A stretch of 64,000 bases of DNA, taken from the IMG/VR virus record IMGVR_UViG_3300042923_001201, positions 1-64,000 of that record; one strand, written 5' to 3'. This DNA comes from a virus. Below are positions 55,999 through 64,000 of this stretch, one piece after another. The position numbers and the translations under genes are program-made. Within the stretch, counting starts at the first letter, position 1. Each line of letters starts with the position of its first letter. The notes under the pieces are model-generated. The model made no database searches, had not been told where the DNA came from, and worked only from the letters and a program-made list of their open reading frames with translations.

Positions 55999-56232
55999 TC
56001 ATGCACTTTTAAGATGGGGACCATCAGAGTTTTCGTTAATATTTTCAATTTCATCTTCAACAAAAGATGAAATTTCATAAGCAAAATCGTCCGCATCAGA
56101 CAAGAAATCAGGACATGATGTTAATTCATAACCCGTCTCATCCAACACATTACTTAGTTCAAGTGCGACGGAAGCAAAGGCTTTTAATGCTGCCTCAAGT
56201 TTTTTTGCATTCTCTGCAGAAATTTTATTCAT
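55999..56232 (-). CDS. acidic hypothetical protein
   Basis: D/E-rich ORF. Confidence 0.55.
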   Translation of the reverse strand: MNKISAENAKKLEAALKAFASVALELSNVLDETGYELTSCPDFLSDADDFAYEISSFVEDEIENINENSDGPHLKSA

Positions 56233-56379
56233 TAATTATCATGTCCCCTTGTCCATATCGGATTTTTGTACCTCATGGTACCATTTCACATTATTAATTA
56301 TACATAGAATTAAACGACTTGTAAATACATAATTTACATTTTAATTTCATAATTTTAACAAAGTTAGTACTGTAGACGA

Positions 56380-56568
56380 CTATTTTGTCGAAAGATTCGC
56401 TTTTAAGAAATTACCAACAATAATGAATAAATATACTAGCAGAAAAGTTTTAAACCAACTAATTTCAAAGTCTAAAGTAAAATTAAAAATAAAAGAAACA
56501 ACGTATGAGATTGCCGCTGTTAATCCCGCATGAAGCAGAAGTAAACCCAGTGTTTTAATCAATTTCAT
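56380..56568 (-). CDS. two-TM membrane protein
   Basis: Hydrophobic; AAGGAG RBS. Confidence 0.65.
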   Translation of the reverse strand: MKLIKTLGLLLLHAGLTAAISYVVSFIFNFTLDFEISWFKTFLLVYLFIIVGNFLKANLSTK

Positions 56569-56690
56569 TTAATATTCTCCTTTGCAGACGATTGAGGAGA
56601 TGGTCTACACCTCCATCAACGCCCTTTATGATTTTTTGTATATTATCATTATATATACATTCTAGCAATGTGTAAACCATTGTACAACCA

Positions 56691-59600
56691 TCAAATATTA
56701 ACTTTTTGCATTCGTAGTTCCACATCATTTTTTGTAAATTTTTCAATTTTCATGGTAGTATGTCTATAGGCTGAGTCCTTATAAACTTTAGGTACAAATT
56801 CATCATTTCTTCTAAATCCAACGATTACAAGTTTAGTTCCACGTTTAAACCAAGAGTCATCTAATACAACTTTCTTCTCACCACTTGTATCAACTATCTT
56901 TTTGTCATAATGTAAAAATGTTCCTTTTGAATATTTAACTGGAACTACTCCATTTTGAGTTGAAAGATATACAATATGCTTGTCCTTGTCCTTATCAACG
57001 ACTGTGCCTGATATTGCTAATGTTTTATACTTGGGAGTTTTTCGTCCTCGCCAAACATTATAACCCGAAATTTCCATATGCTTCATGGTTGTAAAATCAG
57101 AAATGTCAAAGTATTTGCTTAAAGGAATATAGTCAAGCTCATGCTTGTCACTGTAAAATACAACAGTTTCCATTTCCCATTGTTCTTTCGTACCCATACA
57201 ATGTTTAACCCAAAGTTCCCTCATACCTTGTTTATTAAATTCAGCTGCAGCCTCATCAGATATAATCCATAATCTCAAAGGCTCTATGAGTTTTTTATAT
57301 GCCTTGTCAAACGATTTTTGATCAATAACTAATTTTCCATCATTGAAAGTGTACGTTACTTCCTTTGAATATTTTTCCATAAATTCTCTTTCTATTTCTT
57401 CGTTCATAGGAACTTTTCCTCGACCAAAAATAGAGTTCCTGAAATTGTAAATTTCAACTTCCCTTGACAATGATTCGGGCACAAAAGACAAGGCTCGTTG
57501 GATATTTTGCATGGTTAGTTTTTCCTTTTTAGGACTAACCATCTTAATAAAATCAACCATTAGTTCACGTCTGGGTCTGCCATCAATTTTGTCAAAACAG
57601 CCTGATTTAATAAGTGTAACAGTTTTACCTATGCTTAATGATTTTTCACTTTCTTCACCCTCAGATTCATTTCCAACACATCTTTCAAAGAAATCCTGGA
57701 ATGATGTAAACGGTCGACGTTCCATAATAATTTTTACGCCATCCTTACCTAATCCTGAGATAGGTTTCAACCCGAACAATATCTTATTGTCCCTCTCAAT
57801 AGGCGTGAAACCAAGTTTAGAGATATTAATATCAGGATTCAATACCTCTCCCTTCATATCACCTATAGCCTTTGCTACAGAGCCATAATCAGTATTACCT
57901 TCACGTTCACCAATCAGTCCCGAGTTGACAGTTAAACACGCAGTCTTCCAAAAAATTACGCCGTATTTATAAGCAAGATTAAGTTGCTGCATCAAGATCA
58001 TTGTGTATCCTGCAATGTGTGGCAAACTGAAAGAATAACCAAACTGAGGTTTAAATAATACTTCCCAAACATAGTTCATCATTGCGTCACTTGTATTCAT
58101 TGCAATACATCCTGTTTTGAAGTCCCCATAGCATTCATCAATAATTTCTTTTTTCTTTTTAGCAACGCCTTTTCTTAATTTGTTCGCTCCTAACAAACCA
58201 AAACCTGAAATTCGTTTGTCCATCGAGATAAGCATCATGCTTTCCTGCGTATCACAGAGTCCGTAGTTTTCAAGTAGGTGTTCCTTTATAATTTCAACTT
58301 CAAAAACGTTTAATCCTGCTTTATACATTTCATCGTACCACTCTTGAATGTTTGCTTTATGTCTTACATATTTATCAAGTGGTGATTCTCCACTTTCTGC
58401 AGACAATCTCATGAGCGAGTTACCCGCAGATAACTCTTGGAAACTCATTGGTTTAATTTTTGACACAGCCTGTGAACCTACAGCCGAGTCAAATTGAAAT
58501 GCATCAATTATCTGACCGCTGTGAAGTAATTTAAACATTTCTGGTGAATCCATATCAAGTACGTCAGGATGAAAGTATTTATTATAAGTGGCACGAAGTG
58601 AACCTTGCCATTCAATTTTACCTTCTTCAAGTAACAAATCCATTCCTGCACGGAGTTTGTCCAAGGCATTGATTGTTAGGAAGTCAAGTTTCAATCCGCC
58701 TTGATAATCACTGTCTCCCATGTTAAATTGAGTTACTTCCTGACCACCCGTTGTCTTCATCATTGCATTTTGTGCTAAATATCCATCTCTAAATACATAA
58801 ACACCACTTGCGTGAACTGATCGTCCTGAGACTAATCCTTCAATGGTTTCAATAGTTTCACGCAAACCTGGGTGTTTCTCAAATTCTTCCTGAAGTTCAC
58901 GAACGGGCCTTTTACCCGTTTCTTCATCACCTTCAAGACATTCCTTCAATGTCCACATGCCTGTCTTATCTGTAGGAATCAAGTTAGCAATGTTTTGAGC
59001 TACATCATTATCAATTCCTAATCCTCGACAAGATGTCAAGATAGATGAACGAAGCTTTTCTGTTGACAAAGTACAAATATTGAGGACGTTCTCATGACCA
59101 AATTCTTCTTTGGTTTTTGCCAAAATGTTAGCACGTTGAGAAGCCTCTGTATCAATATCAATATCTGGCAATTCGGGTCTTTCATGAGTAAGATGTCGCC
59201 AGTGAGGTAGTTTATACTTAATTGGATTAATCTGAATTATATCCATAAGGTAACAAGTATAATAGGATGCAACAGATCCACGGCTCACACCTACAAATGA
59301 AACTTCCCACATTATTTCAATAACCTTTTCTGTGAGTATATAATATGAAGAAATAGGTTGTCCTAATTGCTCACTTGTCAACCAAAGCTCTTTCATTTCC
59401 TCATTTATACGTGCCAAATTTTCATCGTTATATTCCTGTTTTTTGTTTAAAAATCCCTTTTCACAAAGGAACAAAAAGAATCTATCCTCAATATTAGGGC
59501 TATTAGAGAATTTTCTAATATAATCATATTGTTCATAAAAATCTTTGAATATATGCTGAATTTCAAATTCAGGTATCTTTCTATGAGGAATGACAGTCTC

Positions 59601-60497
59601 CTGCTTTAAATCAAATGGCTCAATCATATCCATAATCTCTAAAGTGTTATTCATCATCTCAGTTACATAATCGTCTGGCATATAGTCCTTAAAAAAAGAA
59701 CGCAACTCATCTTCATCCATAAGATATGTTGTTGAATAAAAATCAGCAACTTCCCGCTCGCCATCATCAGATCTTAAGTAATTTTCATGAATGATTGCTT
59801 GTTGTTTGTTAAGGTAATGAGCATCAGTAGCAACAATAGTTTTAATCTTGTATGCTTTTGCAATATGAGCTGCCATTTTATTATAAATTATTTGTTCTTC
59901 CTGATCTGATGGCTGTAACTCAATAAAAAAATCATCACCGAATATTTTTTGATACCAGGTAATGAGGCTGTGAATTTTACGCTTCGATTCAATATTATCA
60001 GTCTGTGCGTAGTCAATTACAGCTCTTGCAAATTCGGAACCAATACAAGCTGTTGAGGCAATAATATCACCTTTGTACTTCAATAAAGTTTCCTCGAAGT
60101 GGTCAGTGTATGTAGGTACACGTTCCATACCACGAAAGAAGAACGATTCTTCCCACGCCCTTGAACTCATTTCCTTTAGAGCCTGATAACCATTTAAATT
60201 TTTGGCAATAAGTAGAAAATGATAAAATCTTGTTCCTTCATTTTTTTCTTTTGCCGCAGCAACTTCCTCGCGGTTTACCAAATAGATCTCATTGCCTAAG
60301 GCAACCTTAAAGTCATCATATTTTTTTGCATATTTAATAGCTTCGACATGTGAAGATAAAGTGTCATGGTCAGTAATAGCGATACCTTTTAAACCTATTT
60401 TTCGTGCATAATCTATCAACTTATCAACTTTGTTAATACAGTCCTTTAGGCGGAAATTACTTCTGTCTGTATGGTTATGAGATCCGAAATATGACAA
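56691..60497 (-). CDS. dnaE: DNA polymerase III alpha subunit (DnaE-type) with PHP domain
   Basis: HNHT, AITDH, TDAHY, SRGS, PDIDID, HASG, KLDFL, YSFS..H..GY. Confidence 0.95.
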   Translation of the reverse strand: MSYFGSHNHTDRSNFRLKDCINKVDKLIDYARKIGLKGIAITDHDTLSSHVEAIKYAKKYDDFKVALGNEIYLVNREEVAAAKEKNEGTRFYHFLLIAKNLNGYQALKEMSSRAWEESFFFRGMERVPTYTDHFEETLLKYKGDIIASTACIGSEFARAVIDYAQTDNIESKRKIHSLITWYQKIFGDDFFIELQPSDQEEQIIYNKMAAHIAKAYKIKTIVATDAHYLNKQQAIIHENYLRSDDGEREVADFYSTTYLMDEDELRSFFKDYMPDDYVTEMMNNTLEIMDMIEPFDLKQETVIPHRKIPEFEIQHIFKDFYEQYDYIRKFSNSPNIEDRFFLFLCEKGFLNKKQEYNDENLARINEEMKELWLTSEQLGQPISSYYILTEKVIEIMWEVSFVGVSRGSVASYYTCYLMDIIQINPIKYKLPHWRHLTHERPELPDIDIDTEASQRANILAKTKEEFGHENVLNICTLSTEKLRSSILTSCRGLGIDNDVAQNIANLIPTDKTGMWTLKECLEGDEETGKRPVRELQEEFEKHPGLRETIETIEGLVSGRSVHASGVYVFRDGYLAQNAMMKTTGGQEVTQFNMGDSDYQGGLKLDFLTINALDKLRAGMDLLLEEGKIEWQGSLRATYNKYFHPDVLDMDSPEMFKLLHSGQIIDAFQFDSAVGSQAVSKIKPMSFQELSAGNSLMRLSAESGESPLDKYVRHKANIQEWYDEMYKAGLNVFEVEIIKEHLLENYGLCDTQESMMLISMDKRISGFGLLGANKLRKGVAKKKKEIIDECYGDFKTGCIAMNTSDAMMNYVWEVLFKPQFGYSFSLPHIAGYTMILMQQLNLAYKYGVIFWKTACLTVNSGLIGEREGNTDYGSVAKAIGDMKGEVLNPDINISKLGFTPIERDNKILFGLKPISGLGKDGVKIIMERRPFTSFQDFFERCVGNESEGEESEKSLSIGKTVTLIKSGCFDKIDGRPRRELMVDFIKMVSPKKEKLTMQNIQRALSFVPESLSREVEIYNFRNSIFGRGKVPMNEEIEREFMEKYSKEVTYTFNDGKLVIDQKSFDKAYKKLIEPLRLWIISDEAAAEFNKQGMRELWVKHCMGTKEQWEMETVVFYSDKHELDYIPLSKYFDISDFTTMKHMEISGYNVWRGRKTPKYKTLAISGTVVDKDKDKHIVYLSTQNGVVPVKYSKGTFLHYDKKIVDTSGEKKVVLDDSWFKRGTKLVIVGFRRNDEFVPKVYKDSAYRHTTMKIEKFTKNDVELRMQKVNI

Positions 60498-60602
60498 TAT
60501 ATAAACCTCCTAATCATTTTACATCATTATATATAGAAAACGTTAAAAAGTAAACCAGAAAAGAGAATACCTCAATTATATAAGGTATTCTCTTTAATTC
60601 TA

Positions 60603-61016
60603 CTACCTATTTCTAACTAATTGGTAATAACCACGACTTACAGGTTCAACTATTCCTTTCTTTGTTATTTGTGAATAGGCCGATTGATAACTTGAAGAAA
60701 CAAAGTTAAATTTTTCTAATTCTTTAAGAATTTCAGATATTTTCATGGGTCTTCCCTTATTGTCGAAAATACGTTTTATGCAATCTTCGAATGTCAATCG
60801 GTCTACACGTCCCGTTTTGCTTGAAGAAAATACAAGACTTCTATCCTGCATCCGATCGAGCAGTTCATATTCAGCAATTCTCATTTGCCGTTTTGTTTGA
60901 AGCTTTTCAATTCTTTCTTGTAATTCCTTAACCTCCTGTTCAATTTCACCTACCTCATTAATAATTTCATTTTGTCTTGCCTTAACTACATGATCTGCAT
61001 CAAGCATTTTGTTCAC
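60603..61016 (-). CDS. Rok-like protein (coiled coil plus winged helix)
   Basis: N-terminal coiled coil; PMKISEI..EL...RGYYQL resembles Rok RGHYIL. Confidence 0.6.
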   Translation of the reverse strand: MNKMLDADHVVKARQNEIINEVGEIEQEVKELQERIEKLQTKRQMRIAEYELLDRMQDRSLVFSSSKTGRVDRLTFEDCIKRIFDNKGRPMKISEILKELEKFNFVSSSYQSAYSQITKKGIVEPVSRGYYQLVRNR

Positions 61017-61091
61017 TCCTTAAAGTTTATTTGTTGTTTACATTTATATTTTATCATAATTTGTCGACTATGTAAATAGAAAAAGAGATGA

Positions 61092-63095
61092 TTAAATCAT
61101 CTCAATTTCTTTAAGTACACCTTTCATCGGTCCTGCTACACCTTGAGTCCATCTTTCCTTCAACTCAAACTTTGAGGTAGGTACAACAAATGAAGTTGTA
61201 GTAGTTTTAAATTTAAACTTTCCTTCCTCAGAGAACGTAAGGATTCCTACTACATCATTATTTTTGGCGAGTGAATTGGCAAGTTTTTTACGGTTTCCAT
61301 TAAATGAGTCTAATTTAATTTTAGCAATCTTATTATTATTATATCCGATGATAATAAATTTATTCTTCCCGTCAATAACCGAGGTTCCTACAATTGTTTT
61401 TACTTCGCAAAGTGAAGGTATAAAGACTCCTAATTGCCTTGTAGTTACTTCGTCAATTTCACTTATTTTAATCTTGTAACAACATTTATCAGCTCCAAAT
61501 ACTAACAGCTCGCCCGAGTTTCTTGTTGAATATTCAGTTACAAGTTCATCGCCCGGTTTAAGATTAAAGGATTTTGTGTCAGCGTCAAATTGTATGCTCT
61601 TTCTTACATATCCTTCTTTTGTAATATAAATCTTCACAGGATAATCGGGTACGGCTTCCATTTCTTTTTTGACAGCCTTAACCTTTTCAGTATTAACCTC
61701 GATGATTTTTGTAGCTCGATCAACGCCGTACTTCTCACTTGTTTCGGTTAGTTCCTTAATGATAATTTCATTTTTTCTTTCGTCGCTTTGTGCAATATCT
61801 TCATAGTCCTTAATTTTTTCCTCAAGACTACTGATTTCAGCAATCCGTTTAATGATATAGTCTTTATTAATATTGCGAAGTTTCATATCTGCAATAGCAG
61901 ATGCCTGGGACTCATCAATTTTAAAATGGTCCATAAGGTTCTTTTCAATTAAGTCATCTGCTGATCGGCGGATTATTTCAATAGCTTTGTCAATATCAAG
62001 CAATACTTTTTCTAATCCTCGAAGGAAGTGAAGATCCTTTTTCATTTTAGCAATATCGAATAGATATCCTCGAGTTATTGTTTGACGTCTCCATTTTAAC
62101 CATTCTTCAATAATTTGCCATGCTCCCATGACCTTCGGACCTTTGTCAATAATCACGTTCATGTTGGCGCTGAAACTTGATTGGAGTGGGGTTGTTTGGT
62201 AAAGAACTTCGAGAGCCTTATTCATATCCGTACCACGCTTAAACGATACTTCAATGTTCATTCCTTTGAGTCCCGTAAGATCCTTAACATCGGAAATCTC
62301 CTTCATTTTACCGCTTTTATACAGGTCAACAATTTTTTCAATAATCGCTTCGCGGGTAGTTGTATAAGGAATTTCCGTAATTTCAATCTTATTGCCTTTA
62401 ATTTCAGCTTTACCACGAAGAAAAATTGATCCTCTACCTTCAAGGTTAATCTGTTTAAAGACATCCTTATTTTTAACAATATACCCACCCGTAGCAAAAT
62501 CAGGCACCAGCAATGTTTTCACATTTTCCTTCAAGTATTTGATGATAGCTTTTGCCAATTCTTTCATGTTGAAGGAAGGAATTTGTGAAGCCATACCTAA
62601 TGCTACGCCATTTGAGGGCCTCATTAATACATAAGGAAATTTCACAGGCAGTACTTCGGGCTGCATAATCGAGCCGTCGTAATTGGGTACAAAGTCAACA
62701 AGGTTCTTTTTAAGGTTTTTCATCATTTCTATAGCTATAGGAGCCAATTTAACCTCAGTATATCTCGATGCACCTTCTTGCAAATCTCTTGATGTTGCTT
62801 GACCAAAGTTACCTTTACCAATAATCAGAGGTGTTTGATTACGGTCCTTTTGAACCATATTTACCATAACTCCGTAAGATGAACCGTGAGGGTGAAGCTT
62901 CATAACTGCGCCTTCAATATTCGCACTTTTTGTAAATTTTGTAGCATCCTCTAAATCCATTGTATAAAGGATCCTTCTGTTAACAGGTAACATACCATCT
63001 CTGAAGTCAGGCAATGCCCGACTCAGGATAATATATGCTCCATATTCCATCATGTTTTTTTCGATATGATCTTGTACTAAAACTGTTTTTGACAT
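61092..63095 (-). CDS. type IIA topoisomerase subunit A (GyrA/ParC-like)
   Basis: RALPD.RDG..PV.RRILY, HPHG, ASRYTE (catalytic Tyr), PDFATGG; short CTD. Confidence 0.93.
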   Translation of the reverse strand: MSKTVLVQDHIEKNMMEYGAYIILSRALPDFRDGMLPVNRRILYTMDLEDATKFTKSANIEGAVMKLHPHGSSYGVMVNMVQKDRNQTPLIIGKGNFGQATSRDLQEGASRYTEVKLAPIAIEMMKNLKKNLVDFVPNYDGSIMQPEVLPVKFPYVLMRPSNGVALGMASQIPSFNMKELAKAIIKYLKENVKTLLVPDFATGGYIVKNKDVFKQINLEGRGSIFLRGKAEIKGNKIEITEIPYTTTREAIIEKIVDLYKSGKMKEISDVKDLTGLKGMNIEVSFKRGTDMNKALEVLYQTTPLQSSFSANMNVIIDKGPKVMGAWQIIEEWLKWRRQTITRGYLFDIAKMKKDLHFLRGLEKVLLDIDKAIEIIRRSADDLIEKNLMDHFKIDESQASAIADMKLRNINKDYIIKRIAEISSLEEKIKDYEDIAQSDERKNEIIIKELTETSEKYGVDRATKIIEVNTEKVKAVKKEMEAVPDYPVKIYITKEGYVRKSIQFDADTKSFNLKPGDELVTEYSTRNSGELLVFGADKCCYKIKISEIDEVTTRQLGVFIPSLCEVKTIVGTSVIDGKNKFIIIGYNNNKIAKIKLDSFNGNRKKLANSLAKNNDVVGILTFSEEGKFKFKTTTTSFVVPTSKFELKERWTQGVAGPMKGVLKEIEMI

Positions 63096-63327
63096 TATAT
63101 CTACTCCATTTCAGAAAGGATATGTTCCAATTGTTGTTTTGTTAATCTTATTGTAGTTAATTTACCAAACGTACCGATAACATGAATTAATACTGTTCCT
63201 GGAAAATATTTACTATATTCGATAGTTATATTTTTTGAAATAGTTACCTTATCTCCTGATTTCATTTTAATATCTCCCATCTGTACTATATAGAATTAAT
63301 TATACACTACGATTTATTAAAATGCAA

Positions 63328-64000
63328 CTATTCTTCAAGAGCTGTTTCTGTATATTTATGAAGATTTTTTTCAATGAAGCCTTTTCGATCGGTTATATCA
63401 CTTCCCATAAACATATTGATCATATCCTTCATCTTTTTAGCATCGTCCATTGTGATTTGCTCAAGGATTCGAGTTTTAGGATCCATAGCTGTATAATTCA
63501 TTGTTTCAGGTTCCAACTCACCCAAACCTTTACAGCGAGCAAGTGTGTACTTCCGTTTTATTTTTGGTAATTGTTCGTCCTTTTCAGCTTCACTAAACAG
63601 ATAAGACATTGAATCATCTTCATATTTCACTTCATAGAGCGGTGTCTTTGCAATATAAACCCTACCATTTTCAATCAGTTTCGGAACAAGGACATAAACC
63701 ATTGTAATAATGAGGCACTGAATTTGTTGTCCATCTGGATCTGCATCTGTTGCAATGATAAGTTTACCATATCTCAACAATTTTTCATTAAATGATTCAA
63801 GATCCTTATTCTTTTTATCGGCTTGAATACCGCATCCCAAAGCACGAATCAAATCGAGGATAATACCATTCTTGAATATCGTTGAATAATCTGCTTTGAG
63901 GCAATTTAGGATCTTTCCACGTAAGGCATACGCTGCTTGAATTTGGGAATCCCTTGCAAGAATCAATGAACCCAATGCTGATAATCCTTCTGCAACAAAC
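63328..64000 (-). CDS. type IIA topoisomerase subunit B, C-terminal part (runs off the window)
   Basis: EGLSA, LRGKILN, TDADPDG, KGLGE. Confidence 0.93.
   Translation of the reverse strand, partial: FVAEGLSALGSLILARDSQIQAAYALRGKILNCLKADYSTIFKNGIILDLIRALGCGIQADKKNKDLESFNEKLLRYGKLIIATDADPDGQQIQCLIITMVYVLVPKLIENGRVYIAKTPLYEVKYEDDSMSYLFSEAEKDEQLPKIKRKYTLARCKGLGELEPETMNYTAMDPKTRILEQITMDDAKKMKDMINMFMGSDITDRKGFIEKNLHKYTETALEE

Noticed and set aside
56691-60497. Intein or intron in dnaE (also checked terL and topoisomerase A)
   Set aside because: The ORFs are continuous, of ordinary length, and show no splicing motifs.

Overview
A 64-kb AT-rich segment of a large tailed phage infecting a spore-forming Bacillota host. 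Paenibacillus-like is inferred from the endolysin C-terminus, tail fibres and SASP. It has three blocks. (1) 1-4.3 kb: a repeat-rich non-coding stretch plus small leftward genes, including YqeY and two unusual structured RNAs. (2) 4.4-35.0 kb, rightward: a ~420-nt structured RNA; HNH, terminase, portal, protease and HK97 capsid; FN3 and SGNH accessory proteins; six tRNAs; a PBSX/Xkd-like contractile tail whose tape-measure gene is displaced upstream of the sheath; fibres; two holins; an M15 endolysin; a tyrosine recombinase; and a GH26-PA14 glycosidase. (3) 35.06-64 kb, leftward: SASP, RtcB, a sigma factor, ATP-dependent ligase, RusA, NMP kinase, MazG-like and dUTPase/dCTPase-like pyrophosphatases, DnaE and type II topoisomerase A/B. 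The strongest candidate for a new system is 47.6-56.0 kb. There, two T4 beta-glucosyltransferase-like enzymes sit with an APH-like kinase, a HAD phosphatase, a sugar nucleotidyltransferase, a gp56-like dNTPase and an orphan DarT1-type NADAR, suggesting a DNA sugar-hypermodification/anti-defence island. The second candidate is a set of unannotated structured RNAs: a pseudoknotted RNA at 4.47-4.89 kb, a tRNA-Gly mimic with a ~30-nt insertion, and a possible HDV-like/theta ribozyme behind the only tRNA in the cluster lacking CCA. All family assignments come from motif recognition by eye; no searches were run.
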